DNA of 64,000 nucleotides from an uncultured delta proteobacterium (GTDB taxonomy: Bacteria > Desulfobacterota > Binatia > UBA9968), in the NCBI GenBank assembly GCA_963816145.1, contig CAWFJP010000003.1:1-64000 (forward strand). The letters are read 5' to 3'. The position numbers and the translations under genes are program-made. How positions within the stretch are numbered: position 1 is the first letter of the stretch; each line of letters starts with the position of its first letter. This document shows, one piece after another, positions 40,348 to 50,742 of the stretch. Below the pieces are notes generated by a model that saw only the letters and a program-made list of their open reading frames with translations, did not search any database and was not told where the DNA came from.

Positions 40348-41978
40348 TACTGCATCACCTGATCTAGTATCACATCGGCATTCTTCGCCCTCCCCACCTC
40401 CGCTGGATTCTTCTTGTATTCGCCGCTGAGATCGCCGGCGTCGCGGGTGGTGGGATTGCCGTCTTTGTCTAGGCGGACAGTGATATTAATCTTGCCGCTG
40501 AAAGGCGTGCCTTGCATCATGACGTTTTCTTGACTGAGGGAGTAGCTCAGCGGGAACTTCGGCTTGTCTATTTTCTTGACGGCAAGCGGCGGGCCGCCGG
40601 CGCCGCCGGCGGGACGGGCGATGATAAATAATGCGGCGTTGGGGTCGATGTTCGATTTTAATTTGGCATCGATGGTGATGGTGCCGGAAACGGTTTGGCC
40701 GGATGTTGCCGCGGTTGCCGGTTGCGCTGCTGCAACTGCGCCGCCGGATGCAGGAATTTCGGCCAGCACTTTGGCGATTTCATTGCGCTCGTCGCCCGGC
40801 GGCACCATCGCCAAGAGCCTTTCGAAAATCGCCCGGGCGCCGGCGAAATCTTTTTTGTCCTGGTAGAGCACCATGCCTTTGCCCCATAGCGCCATGGGAA
40901 AGTTGGGCGCCCGCGACAGGGCTTTTTCGAAGGCCATCAGTGCGCCGTCGCCGTGGCCGGCCTGCATGAGAATAAATCCCATGTAGCTATGCGCTTCGGG
41001 ATTTGTTGCATCGGCGGCCAGGACTTTTTTGAACGCCTCGATCGCTTTGGGATACTCCTGACGCTCAAACGCTTGCTTGCCGTCGGCTAAAGCTGCGCCA
41101 GCCTCACCGCTGACTGGGCTCGTGCCGGTCATGAAGCCGCCGGTCATGGTATCGCCTTCGCCCTGGCGCGGCCGGATCGATTGGGTCAGCATGACGCCCA
41201 GGGTGAGACCGAAAAGCATGAGAAAAATTCCACCGGTGATCAGTTGCCAGCGCTTGAAGCGGCTGTGCGCGGCGAGATCCTGCGGCTGTTTGTTTTTTTT
41301 CTCCTGCGGCTTGACTTTGGTTTCGGCGGGCAGGGAAGAAAGTTGCTGTAGGACCGGCCCGCCTTTGGTTTCGATATCCCGCTTCAACGCCGCGTAGTCC
41401 GAGTCCGACAGCTTGCCCGACTGAAAATCGAACTCTAATTCGTTCAACTCGTCGCGCAAACGGCCGCGCTCGCGCAGCAGTTGGGCGCGCTGCGTCTCAT
41501 CTTCGATATCCGGTAATTGGAAATCTTCGCGCAGCACATCGCCCTGGGCTTGGCTCTCGGCGGCGCTTGCTTGCGGGAGAGTGTCGGACCGGCGCTTTTT
41601 CGCGGTCCAGCGGCGGATAAAGCAGAGCGCCGCAACCACACCGATGCCGAGCGCGACGTAGGGCAAAATCCACAAGAGCGCGCTGAAGCCGGTGGTCTTG
41701 GGACGGAGCAAGACCCACTCGCCGTATTTCGAAACGAAGAACTCTTTGATCTCGTCGCTGCTCTTGCCGGCTTGCACCTGTTCGCGGACGATTGCGCGCA
41801 TCTGCTGCGCCATCTCCGATGGCGAGTCGGCGACCGAGAGATTTTGACAGACTACACAGCGCAACTCGGTGGCGATCTCGCGGGTGCGGTCGTCGATGTC
41901 GGCGGGAGCCGCGGCGTAAAGCGAGGCAGTGGCGAGAAACAAAAGAGCGCCGACAAATGATAATTTGCAGTAGCGCAT
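40347..41978 (-). CDS. ccmH: CcmH-CcmI(TPR) fusion, cytochrome c biogenesis
   Basis: LRCVVCQN; TM helices; TPR repeats; C-terminal PPLAVKK domain. Confidence 0.88.
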   Translation of the reverse strand: MRYCKLSFVGALLFLATASLYAAAPADIDDRTREIATELRCVVCQNLSVADSPSEMAQQMRAIVREQVQAGKSSDEIKEFFVSKYGEWVLLRPKTTGFSALLWILPYVALGIGVVAALCFIRRWTAKKRRSDTLPQASAAESQAQGDVLREDFQLPDIEDETQRAQLLRERGRLRDELNELEFDFQSGKLSDSDYAALKRDIETKGGPVLQQLSSLPAETKVKPQEKKNKQPQDLAAHSRFKRWQLITGGIFLMLFGLTLGVMLTQSIRPRQGEGDTMTGGFMTGTSPVSGEAGAALADGKQAFERQEYPKAIEAFKKVLAADATNPEAHSYMGFILMQAGHGDGALMAFEKALSRAPNFPMALWGKGMVLYQDKKDFAGARAIFERLLAMVPPGDERNEIAKVLAEIPASGGAVAAAQPATAATSGQTVSGTITIDAKLKSNIDPNAALFIIARPAGGAGGPPLAVKKIDKPKFPLSYSLSQENVMMQGTPFSGKINITVRLDKDGNPTTRDAGDLSGEYKKNPAEVGRAKNADVILDQVMQ

Positions 41979-41983
41979 CGCCG

Positions 41984-42550
41984 TCAGCGCACTCCCTGAT
42001 AATCGCCCCGCCCTTCTTGGGCGCTGGCGATGCCTTTGGCGGCTTCCTCGATCTTGGTCAATACCAATGAGGCGCGGATGCCGCCGACATGCTTGTATGT
42101 AATGCGCCCCTGCGGGTCGATGAAAAAACTCTCGGGGATGCCCCAGGTGCCATAGTCGACGCCGATCTTGCCGGATTCATCCCGGCCGTTGGGATACGTG
42201 ATGTTGAATTCCTGCAAAAACCCTTTGGCGTTGTCGTCGAGATCTTGCAGCGCGACGCCGAGAAAGATCATGTTCTTGTCTTTGACCTTTTGCCAGGCGG
42301 TTTCAAGATCCTTGGCTTCAGCGCGGCAGGGCTCGCACCAGGATGCCCAAAAATTTAAAAACACCGCCTTGCCGCGTAAATCCTCCAACGTAACTTTCTT
42401 GCCGTCGTAAAGCGTGACGGTAAACGCCGTCGCCGGCTTGGCCAAGAGGGGTGACTTGATGTATTTAGCATCGCGGGTGAAACCCCAAGCCAGGAGCGCC
42501 AGGATAGGCCCAATGACGAGCAGAGTGATGATTAAGCGGCGGACCGGCAT
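41984..42550 (-). CDS. ccmG: CcmG/DsbE thiol-disulfide oxidoreductase
   Basis: NFWASWCEPC, GIPESFFID; start taken at the second Met (uncertain). Confidence 0.85.
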   Translation of the reverse strand: MPVRRLIITLLVIGPILALLAWGFTRDAKYIKSPLLAKPATAFTVTLYDGKKVTLEDLRGKAVFLNFWASWCEPCRAEAKDLETAWQKVKDKNMIFLGVALQDLDDNAKGFLQEFNITYPNGRDESGKIGVDYGTWGIPESFFIDPQGRITYKHVGGIRASLVLTKIEEAAKGIASAQEGRGDYQGVR

Positions 42551-42632
42551 CAGGCGCCCTCGCCGAGAATCGAGAATGGACAATAGAGAATGAATAAAGT
42601 ACGAATGATTTTCGATATTGGCCGGTTCATTG

Positions 42633-44594
42633 CTAGTCTTCTTGGGGTTTCAACTTGCCCATCGGGATCAGGCAGATGATCGTGCCGAAGGCGATGACGA
42701 AGCCGCCGATCCACATCCAGATCACCAGCGGGCGGACCAGGACCTTGAGCGTTGCGTGATTGCGGTCGACTTCACTGAAACCGGAGAGGATCAGATAAAT
42801 ATCCTCGCTCAAGCTGCTCTGATGCACGGCGCGGCCGATCGGCGACTGTTGGGTCGGGAAGAATTTCAACGCCGGGGTGACCAGGCCTTCGTCCTGGCCG
42901 TTGTGAAACACACGAAACGATCCTTCGACGCGGAAGTGGGTGGGCTGCTGGGAGCCCGTGAGCCCTTCGAATTGAACCTTGTAATTGCCGATGTCGAGGG
43001 ATTGATTGACCGCCAGGGTGGCGTCTTTTTCGCGGCTGTAGGTCATCGACCCGGCGATGCCCATCATGATCAGCACCACGCCCAAGTGAACCACCAGGCC
43101 ACCATAGCGCCGTTGGTTGCGTCGTGTCAGCGTAACCAGGCCGCGCAGGATGTTTTCGCCGGCGACGCGTTTGCGCGCGCGCAAGGCCAAGGCGGTGTCG
43201 TAGACGATCGTGGAGACGACGAAGGCGAGCAGGGTGAAGCCCAAGAGCGGCAGAAACTCTTTGACCTTCCAGACAAATAGAAACAGACCGAAGGCGAGGG
43301 AGGCTGCGGCAGGCCAGAGAAAGTTGCGCTTCAAGTTGTCCCATGAAGCGCGCCGCCAGGCGATGATCGGCCCCACCGCCATCAAGAAAACCAAGAACAG
43401 AAACAACGGCACCGTGACGGTGTTGAAGTAAGGCGCGCCGACGCTCACCTGGGCGCCGGCGACGGCCTCGGAGATCAACGGAAATATCGTGCCGAGAAAG
43501 ATCGTGAACAGTGCCGACACCAGGACGATGTTGTTGAGCAAGAACGCCGACTCGCGGCTAACCATGGAGTCGAGCTCGGGTTGTTCTTTCAAAAGATCGG
43601 CGCGGTAGGCGAGCAGGCCGAAGGAGCCGAGCAGGACGAACGCTAGGAAGCCGAGAAAAAACACACCGACGGGTCCCGAGGAAAATGCGTGGATCGATGA
43701 AATGATACCCGAGCGCGTCAGAAAAGTCCCGAAGATGGTCAAGCTGAAGGCGACGATGATCAGCGACAGGTTCCACACTTTCAGCATGCGGCGGCGCTCC
43801 TGCACCTGGATCGAGTGGAGAAACGCGGTGGCCGGTAGCCAGGGCATGAAGGCGGCGTTCTCCACCGGATCCCAGGCCCAGTAACCACCCCAGCCGAGCA
43901 CATGATAGGACCACCAGGCGCCGACCAGATTGCCTGCGGTGAGAAAGAACCAGGCGGTGATGGTCCAGCGGCGGGTGCTGATGATCCAGGCTTCATCGAG
44001 CTTGCCGACGATCAACGCCGCCATGGCAAAGGCGAAGGGCACGGTGAGACCGACAAAGCCGGTGTAAAGCAGCGGCGGGTGGGTCATCATGTTGGCGTCT
44101 TCGAGCAGCGGGTTCAAACCGCGGCCGTCGAGCGGGATCGGCGCGATGGTGTCAAAGGGGTTGGACAAGAAACCGATGACGCCGAGAAAGAACACCGAGA
44201 CGATGGAAAAAATCATGATCACCCAGGGCATCATCTCGTGATGACGGTTACGATAGACCCAGGCGACGATGCCGGCGAAGATGATCAGGAGCCATTCCCA
44301 GAGCAGGAGCGAGCCTTCCAGGGCGCCCCAAAGACCGGTGATGCGATAGTAGGTCGGCGTCGCGCGGGTGGTGTTGAAGGCAACGTACTTGATCGAAAAA
44401 TCGGTAGTGACCAGGCCGTATATGAGCGCGGCGGCGGCGATGGTGACGAGGATGAATTGGCCAAGGATCGAATAGCTCGCCACGATGCGAAAACGTTCTC
44501 CCGCCGAGCGCGCCGCTACGATCGGGCTCAGGATCCCGATCAGCGCAGCCACGAAGGCCAGGAGGATCGCGGTATGCCCTAAACTAGCAGTCAC
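42633..44594 (-). CDS. ccmF: heme lyase CcmF
   Basis: WGGYWAWDPVEN, SIHAF, HPPLLY. Confidence 0.95.
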   Translation of the reverse strand: MTASLGHTAILLAFVAALIGILSPIVAARSAGERFRIVASYSILGQFILVTIAAAALIYGLVTTDFSIKYVAFNTTRATPTYYRITGLWGALEGSLLLWEWLLIIFAGIVAWVYRNRHHEMMPWVIMIFSIVSVFFLGVIGFLSNPFDTIAPIPLDGRGLNPLLEDANMMTHPPLLYTGFVGLTVPFAFAMAALIVGKLDEAWIISTRRWTITAWFFLTAGNLVGAWWSYHVLGWGGYWAWDPVENAAFMPWLPATAFLHSIQVQERRRMLKVWNLSLIIVAFSLTIFGTFLTRSGIISSIHAFSSGPVGVFFLGFLAFVLLGSFGLLAYRADLLKEQPELDSMVSRESAFLLNNIVLVSALFTIFLGTIFPLISEAVAGAQVSVGAPYFNTVTVPLFLFLVFLMAVGPIIAWRRASWDNLKRNFLWPAAASLAFGLFLFVWKVKEFLPLLGFTLLAFVVSTIVYDTALALRARKRVAGENILRGLVTLTRRNQRRYGGLVVHLGVVLIMMGIAGSMTYSREKDATLAVNQSLDIGNYKVQFEGLTGSQQPTHFRVEGSFRVFHNGQDEGLVTPALKFFPTQQSPIGRAVHQSSLSEDIYLILSGFSEVDRNHATLKVLVRPLVIWMWIGGFVIAFGTIICLIPMGKLKPQED

Positions 44595-45034
44595 TTGGCG
44601 CCAGCTTCCCGAGCGGGAATAAAGCTTTTGCTCGCTGTCTTGCCGTCGGCGTGGGGGCTATATTCTTCGGCATGCTTGGCCATGATCGTCGTGGCGTGAA
44701 ATATGCCGTCGTTTTCCACGCGGCCTTCGACCACGGCGCCTTTGCCTTCGACGAATAGATCGGGCGGCACGCCTTTAAAATAGACAGGGAAGCTGGTGTT
44801 TCCATCGGTGATTTGAAATTTGTAGGTGAGGTTTTGCAAATCTTTTTCCATCGAGCCCTTGACTACCATGCCGCCCATGCGAACAAACTTACCCTTCATC
44901 GCGCTCTCTTCGGCGCGCAGTTCCGACGGCATTTTGAAATAGACCAACGCCTGCTGCATGCCGCCGTAGATGATGTAGGCGAGCGCGGCGAGGATGACCG
45001 CTCCGCCGATGAGAAATCGTTTAGTTTTTGTCAT
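44591..45034 (-). CDS. ccmE: heme chaperone CcmE
   Basis: PDLFVEG, AKHAEEY (HxxxY). Confidence 0.93.
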   Translation of the reverse strand: MTKTKRFLIGGAVILAALAYIIYGGMQQALVYFKMPSELRAEESAMKGKFVRMGGMVVKGSMEKDLQNLTYKFQITDGNTSFPVYFKGVPPDLFVEGKGAVVEGRVENDGIFHATTIMAKHAEEYSPHADGKTASKSFIPAREAGAK

Positions 45035-45176
45035 GGTTGGCGGCCGCCTCCGACGACCTTAACCGGCTGAGTTCTGTTTCGGCGGCGCGGTAACGACGCT
45101 TCAACAAGAACCAATACACGACGAGGATGCCCCAAACAATTCCGTATGCCAGCGAAACATATCCCCAAGCACCCAT
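45021..45176 (-). CDS. ccmD: heme exporter protein CcmD
   Basis: 51 aa MGAWGYVSLAYG + TM helix + basic tail; TGATG coupling to ccmC; ORF track lists it only as the tail of a longer ORF. Confidence 0.82.
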   Translation of the reverse strand: MGAWGYVSLAYGIVWGILVVYWFLLKRRYRAAETELSRLRSSEAAANHDKN

Positions 45177-45892
45177 CAGACCCCTCGCTCCAGGCGCAAG
45201 GCCTTGATCTCTTGGCGCATCTCGCCGACGCGATAGCGCAGCGACAATAAGTAAAAGTACAGCAACAGAAAGCCAACGAAGCTGATCGCCAGGGCGGTCA
45301 ACATGGCCGGGTGGACGTTCTCCCAGGGCGCTTTGTCGGGGCGCAGGATCGACGGCGGCTGGTGCAGTGTGCGCCACCAGTACACCGACATGTGAATCAG
45401 CGGGATGTCGAGAAAGCCGATAATCCCCAAGATCGCCGCCGCGGAGGCGGCGCGTTGCTGATCGTCGATCGACGAGCGCAGCATCAAATAACCGGCGTAG
45501 ATGAGCAGCAGGATCGCGGTCAAGGTGAGCCGGGCATCCCAAGTCCACCAGACGCCCCAAGTCGGTTTGCCCCAGATCGAGCCTTCGATGATAGTGAGCG
45601 CGGTAAACAGCACGCCCAATTCGGCCGCGGCGTGGGCGAGCAGGTCGTCCTTCTGCTCGTGCTTCCACAGATACATGCCGCTGCCGATGAAGACGAGAAA
45701 ATAGGACAGATAGGCGGTCAGAATGCTCGGCAGATGGAGGTACATGATGCGCTGCACTTCACCCTGATAGGCGTCGGGCGGCGCCACTAGCAAACTCCAG
45801 CACAGCCCGGCAGTGATTGCGGCCAAAGCCAGGCCGCCGAGTATGCCTTTGCGTTTTTTTGCCGCATTGGTGGACTGCGCCAAGTGTCTCAT
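45176..45892 (-). CDS. ccmC: heme exporter CcmC
   Basis: WGKPTWGVWWTWDARLT, YLHLP, TLHQ. Confidence 0.95.
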   Translation of the reverse strand: MRHLAQSTNAAKKRKGILGGLALAAITAGLCWSLLVAPPDAYQGEVQRIMYLHLPSILTAYLSYFLVFIGSGMYLWKHEQKDDLLAHAAAELGVLFTALTIIEGSIWGKPTWGVWWTWDARLTLTAILLLIYAGYLMLRSSIDDQQRAASAAAILGIIGFLDIPLIHMSVYWWRTLHQPPSILRPDKAPWENVHPAMLTALAISFVGFLLLYFYLLSLRYRVGEMRQEIKALRLERGV

Positions 45893-45894
45893 GA

Positions 45895-46572
45895 CTAGCT
45901 TTCAATCACCCAGTCGAAGATCAACACGCCGATGGTCAAAAAGATTACGTCGAAGCCGATGAGTAGCCGCAGCCAAGGTGTTGCGTCGCCGAAGCCGCCG
46001 GTCTTGAGGATCGCTTCCATGCAGCGGATCGTTGCGAGAATTACCGGAATCATCAAGGGAAACAACACCAGTGGCAACAGCAACTCGCGCGCTCTGGCGC
46101 GCAGGGTGATCGCCGCGGTGATCGTGCCCAGAACACAAAAGCCCACGGTGCCCAGTAAAGTTACCAAAAAGAGCTGCGGTAGCAAGTTCCACGCGGACAA
46201 ATTGAACAAGATCCAAAATAACGGGATGACGACGACCTCGACCGCGAGCATGAGAAGAAGATTGAATCCGCTCTTGGCTAAGAACAGCGCGCCGCGATCG
46301 AGCGGCGACAGCAGCAAGGCATCTAGGCAGTGATTGTCGCGCTCGGCTTGAAACAGTTGCGCTAGACCCAAGGTTCCGGTGAACAGAAACGCTAACCAGA
46401 GGAGAGCGGGAGCGAGCTCGGCGACTTTGTCCGGCGGCATATCGAAGGCAAAATGAAACACGAACAGCAGCAGCGTGCCGAAAAAGAACATGGTCAGCAG
46501 GCTGTCGCGCCGGCGCGCCTCCAACAGCAGATCCTTCCACAAAAGCAGGTGCGCTTGCTTGAGAAGCGTCAT
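45895..46572 (-). CDS. ccmB: heme exporter CcmB
   Basis: WKDLLLE, ELLLPLVLFPL; position in operon. Confidence 0.92.
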   Translation of the reverse strand: MTLLKQAHLLLWKDLLLEARRRDSLLTMFFFGTLLLFVFHFAFDMPPDKVAELAPALLWLAFLFTGTLGLAQLFQAERDNHCLDALLLSPLDRGALFLAKSGFNLLLMLAVEVVVIPLFWILFNLSAWNLLPQLFLVTLLGTVGFCVLGTITAAITLRARARELLLPLVLFPLMIPVILATIRCMEAILKTGGFGDATPWLRLLIGFDVIFLTIGVLIFDWVIES

Positions 46573-47276
46573 AGGCCGCCGCGCGGTAAGAAGTCGCCGA
46601 AGGCGTGGTCGAAAGCCGGCCAGGGAGTTTGTTTCGGTTCGTCAAAGTGCAAGCGCCCTTGATGCAGGATCAGCGCGCGGCCGCACAGATTGAGCGCACG
46701 CGCGACATGGTGCGAAGCCAGGATCACAATATGGCCTCGGGCGCAATGCTCACGCAAATAGGTTTCTAACAAATCGACCCCGCTGCCGTCGAGAACGCCG
46801 TAGGGTTCGTCGAGCAGCAATAGTCCGGGGTCGAGCAGACGCCATTTGGCGATGGACAGACGGCATTTCATGCCAGCGGAGAGGTTGCCGGCATATTCCT
46901 GGGCGCGCTCAGCGAGACCAACTTCGTCCAGCGCTGCCTGCAGCGCGCCGGCTGAGGCAGACTTGTTGTAAAGAGCCGTGAAGAAGCGCAAGTTTTCCAG
47001 TACCGTCAATTGATCGTAGAGATGCTCGGCGGGGGTGAGCAGGCCGATCTTGCCGCGCACCGCATGGGCGTTCGCGCTGAGCGGTTGGCCGTCGAGCTCG
47101 ATCGCTCCGGTGGTCGGCGTGGTCAATCCGGCGAGCAGCTTGAGCAGGGTGGTCTTCCCAGCGCCGTTGGGACCGAGCAGGGCGACGAACTCGCCGGGGG
47201 CGAGGGCCAGATCAAGATGGCGCAGTGCCCAGAGGTAGCCATAGGCTTTGGCGAGATTTTTGACGGTAAGGCGCAA
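46569..47276 (-). CDS. ccmA: heme exporter ATPase CcmA
   Basis: GPNGAGKT, LSAGM, LLLDEP; start placed at TTG 47276 (uncertain). Confidence 0.9.
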   Translation of the reverse strand: MRLTVKNLAKAYGYLWALRHLDLALAPGEFVALLGPNGAGKTTLLKLLAGLTTPTTGAIELDGQPLSANAHAVRGKIGLLTPAEHLYDQLTVLENLRFFTALYNKSASAGALQAALDEVGLAERAQEYAGNLSAGMKCRLSIAKWRLLDPGLLLLDEPYGVLDGSGVDLLETYLREHCARGHIVILASHHVARALNLCGRALILHQGRLHFDEPKQTPWPAFDHAFGDFLPRGGL

Positions 47277-47461
47277 GATTCGATCCGTTGACGGTCCGCG
47301 AGGTTCGCTTCGCTGTGCGAGCCGCTCGACTATAGTGATGGGCGGTGATGGATTCAAGTATCGAGATAATATTGTTTCTTTTTGGCATTTGGTTGACTTT
47401 TTGCGGCTGAGACCACTATGTAAATAGTCAATTCTGTTCGCCACCAGTGGAGGAGGAATCA

Positions 47462-48136
47462 ATGAATCCCGTGGTTACGGTCACCGGGTTTTGGGACGCA
47501 TTCACAACCAAAATCGCTGTTTTTCTGCCTAACTTGCTGTTTGCCATCGCGACCATCTTGTTGGGTTGGGTGATTTGCAACGTGATCAAGCGGGTCGTCG
47601 TGCGCGTGCTTAAAATTTGCCAGTTCGACGTTCTCGCCGAACACTCCGGCATCAAGCTGATCCTCGAACGCGGCGGCGTGCGCCAGACGGCTTCGGATAT
47701 CGTCGGCTTGCTGGCGTTCTGGTTTCTCTTCCTGATTGCGATTGTCACCACGTTGGAGACGCTTAACCTGAGCGGCGCCACCGACACGCTTCATACCATC
47801 TATCTTTACATCCCGAAGATTGTTGCCGCCCTGGTTACGCTAATCCTGGGACTCTATTTTGCCAATTTTCTCGAGTCGGTGACTCGGACTTCCTGCGCCA
47901 ACGCCGGCTTGGAAGCCGCAGCGTCGATCGGCAGGGCGGCTTATATCGGTACCAGTATTTTCGTTATCGCCGGCATCTTCGAGATCCTCGATATCGCCTC
48001 GGAGATCGTCATTTGGGCGTTTATTTTGGTGTTCGGCGCGGTCTGTTTGGCGCTCGCTTTAGCGTTCGGTCTGGGTGGCCGAGAGGTCGCCAGCCGATTC
48101 CTCGAAAGGTGGCTAGAGCAGAAGAAAAACGAGTAG
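47462..48136 (+). CDS. TM-helix repeat membrane protein (CmpX/MscS-TM-like)
   Basis: GGAGG RBS; FLPNLL and YIPKIV repeats; LAFGLGGRE. Confidence 0.8.
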   Translation: MNPVVTVTGFWDAFTTKIAVFLPNLLFAIATILLGWVICNVIKRVVVRVLKICQFDVLAEHSGIKLILERGGVRQTASDIVGLLAFWFLFLIAIVTTLETLNLSGATDTLHTIYLYIPKIVAALVTLILGLYFANFLESVTRTSCANAGLEAAASIGRAAYIGTSIFVIAGIFEILDIASEIVIWAFILVFGAVCLALALAFGLGGREVASRFLERWLEQKKNE

Positions 48137-48145
48137 TTAGTCACC

Positions 48146-48174
48146 TTGACTAGCTGTAGCTAATCAGTTAGTTT
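48146..48174 (+). promoter_or_regulatory. putative sigma70 promoter of the icd operon
   Basis: TTGACT-N17-TAGTTT. Confidence 0.4.
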
Positions 48175-48264
48175 CTACCAGTTCACAATCTATTTTTAAG
48201 CAAATAGCCTAAAGCGCGCGGAATTGTTCGTCGCTGTTAGGCTTTTTTTGCACATGAGGAGACT

Positions 48265-49674
48265 ATGGCAGATTACAAAGTGGTAAAAGTTCCGGCCGGC
48301 GGCGCCAAGATCACCATGGGAACCAACAAGAAGCTCCAGGTTCCCGACAATCCGATCATTCCGTTCATCGAAGGCGACGGCACGGGCCGGGATATCTGGC
48401 GGGCTTCGGTTCGAGTTTTTGACGCGGCGGTGGAAAAAGCCTATGGCGGCAAAAAGAAAATTCACTGGATGGAAGTCTACGCCGGTGAGAAGTCCTTTAA
48501 GCAGTATCATAGCTGGCTCCATGAAGAGACCGTGCCGGCGTTCGCCGAATTTCTTGTCGGCATCAAAGGCCCTCTCACCACGCCGATCGGTGGTGGCATG
48601 ACATCGCTTAACGTGGGCTTGCGAAAGCTGCTCGATCTCTACGTCTGCCAACGGCCGGTGCGATATTTTAATGGCGTACCTTCACCCGTGAAGCATCCTG
48701 AATCTGTCGATATGGTGGTGTTCCGCGAAAACACCGAAGACATTTATACTGGCATCGAGTTTCCCAACGGCACCGAAGCCAACGCCAAGTTTAAGTCGCT
48801 GGTCAAAGAAGCTTTCCCCAAGGAATTTGCCAAGATTCGCTTTCCGAACAGCGCGTCAATAGGCTTGAAACCGGTTTCCGTCGAAGGCACCGAGCGCTTG
48901 GTGCGCGCGGCGATTCAATGGTCACTGGCGAACAAGCGTAAGAACATTAACTTTGTCCACAAGGGCAATATCATGAAATACACCGAGGGCTCATTTATGG
49001 AGTGGGGTTATGCCCTCGCTAAGCGCGAATTTCGCAACGACGTAATTGCCGAGCGCGAGTCGTGGATCTTGGGCAATAAAGAAGCCAACCCGAACATCAG
49101 TATCGAGGATAACGCCAAAGCGATCGATCCCGGTTTCGACATGATGTCGCCGGATCAGCAGAATGAAATCAAAAAAGAGGTCGAGGCAGCGCTCAAACTG
49201 TGGCCGACCCATGGCGATGGTAAATGGAAGTCCAAGCTGATGCTCAAGGATTCCATCGCCGACGTAACCTTGCAGTTCGTCTTGATCCGCCCCAAAGATT
49301 ACGATGTCATCGCAACCATGAATTTGAACGGCGATTATCTCTCCGACGCCCTTGCTGCGCAGGTGGGTGGTATCGGTATCGCGCCAGGCGCCAATATCAA
49401 TTACGAGTCGGGCCACGCGGTATTTGAAGCAACCCATGGCACCGCGCCGAAGTATGCCGATTTAGATAAGGTGAATCCCGGGTCGGTCATTCTCTCGGGT
49501 GAAATGATGCTACGTTACATGGGCTGGAATGAAGCGGCGGACTTGATCATCAAGGGTATCGAGGGTGCGGTCAATGCTAAGACTGTGACCTACGACTTCG
49601 AACGGCTCATGCCCGGGTCCAAGTTGGTCAGCTGTTCCGGCTTCGGCGATGCGATCATTGCCAACATGAAGTAA
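48265..49674 (+). CDS. icd: NADP-dependent isocitrate dehydrogenase
   Basis: [36 protein letters not shown]. Confidence 0.96.
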   Translation: MADYKVVKVPAGGAKITMGTNKKLQVPDNPIIPFIEGDGTGRDIWRASVRVFDAAVEKAYGGKKKIHWMEVYAGEKSFKQYHSWLHEETVPAFAEFLVGIKGPLTTPIGGGMTSLNVGLRKLLDLYVCQRPVRYFNGVPSPVKHPESVDMVVFRENTEDIYTGIEFPNGTEANAKFKSLVKEAFPKEFAKIRFPNSASIGLKPVSVEGTERLVRAAIQWSLANKRKNINFVHKGNIMKYTEGSFMEWGYALAKREFRNDVIAERESWILGNKEANPNISIEDNAKAIDPGFDMMSPDQQNEIKKEVEAALKLWPTHGDGKWKSKLMLKDSIADVTLQFVLIRPKDYDVIATMNLNGDYLSDALAAQVGGIGIAPGANINYESGHAVFEATHGTAPKYADLDKVNPGSVILSGEMMLRYMGWNEAADLIIKGIEGAVNAKTVTYDFERLMPGSKLVSCSGFGDAIIANMK

Positions 49675-49718
49675 TCGGGATCGATTAATTAATTTTTTAC
49701 CATAGGAAAGATCGTAGC

Positions 49719-50663
49719 ATGGCTAGGAAGAAAATTGCACTGATTGGCGCGGGCAACATCGGCGGGTCGATGGCCCATTTAGCGTTGCTTAAGGGTTTGG
49801 GCGACGTGGTAATGTTTGATGTCGTCGACGGCTTGCCCCAAGGCAAAGCGCTCGACCTATCCCACGCCGGCCCGGTTGAAGGCTTTGACGGCAATGTTAT
49901 TGGCACCAACAAGTATGAAGATATTGCCGGCGCCGATGTCTGTATCGTGACTGCGGGTATCGCCCGCAAGCCGGGCATGAGCCGGGACGATTTGCTTGGC
50001 ACCAACTGTAAAATTCTCGGTTCGGTGGCCGACGGCATTAAAACCCACGCACCCAATTCGTTTGTCATCGTCATCACCAATCCGCTCGACGCCATGGTGA
50101 CATTGATGCAACGCAAGCTGGGCTTTCCGAAAAACCGCGTGGTCGGGCAGTCGGGCATTCTCGATTCGTCTCGATACCGGTCGTTTATCGCCAAAGAGCT
50201 CGATGTTTCGGTGAAGAGCGTCCAGGCAATGGTGTTGGGCGGTCATGGCGACGATATGGTGCCGGTGCGCAGCTCCTGCATTATCGGCGGCGTGCCGGTG
50301 GAAAAATTGATCTCCGGTAAACGTCTCGATGAAATCGAGGCGCGGGTGCGCAACGCCGGCGGCGAAGTCGTCGCCTTGCTGAAGACCGGTTCGGCCTATT
50401 TCTCACCGGCGTCGGCGGCGATCCAAATGACCGAGGCGTTTCTTTTCGATAAGAAGGAAATTTTGCCATGCGCGGCGCTGCTCGAGGGCGAATATGGCGT
50501 TAACGGTTATTACTTCTGCGTGCCGGTGCAAATCGGCGCCGGCGGTGTCGAAAAGATCATCGATATCGGTCTGAGTGCGTCGGACAAAAAAGCGTTCGAT
50601 GAGTCGCTCAATCATGTAAAAGATATCGTCCAGGCGATGGACCGGGTCTTGAGCGCAGCGTAA
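49719..50663 (+). CDS. mdh: malate dehydrogenase (LDH-like)
   Basis: [21 protein letters not shown]. Confidence 0.96.
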   Translation: MARKKIALIGAGNIGGSMAHLALLKGLGDVVMFDVVDGLPQGKALDLSHAGPVEGFDGNVIGTNKYEDIAGADVCIVTAGIARKPGMSRDDLLGTNCKILGSVADGIKTHAPNSFVIVITNPLDAMVTLMQRKLGFPKNRVVGQSGILDSSRYRSFIAKELDVSVKSVQAMVLGGHGDDMVPVRSSCIIGGVPVEKLISGKRLDEIEARVRNAGGEVVALLKTGSAYFSPASAAIQMTEAFLFDKKEILPCAALLEGEYGVNGYYFCVPVQIGAGGVEKIIDIGLSASDKKAFDESLNHVKDIVQAMDRVLSAA

Positions 50664-50681
50664 ACCAACCCAGGCAAGCTT

Positions 50682-50725
50682 AAGCGAGACCCTGAGGCCG
50701 TCTGTTGGCCCCAGGGTCTCGCTTT
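50682..50725 (+). terminator. strong intergenic hairpin (terminator or mRNA stabiliser)
   Basis: AAGCGAGACCCTG...CAGGGTCTCGCTTT. Confidence 0.55.
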
Positions 50726-50742
50726 ATCGAGCATGTGAGCGC

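Noticed and set aside
45021-45668. 215-aa minus-strand ORF
   Set aside because: Shadow of ccmC; only its last 51 aa (CcmD) look real
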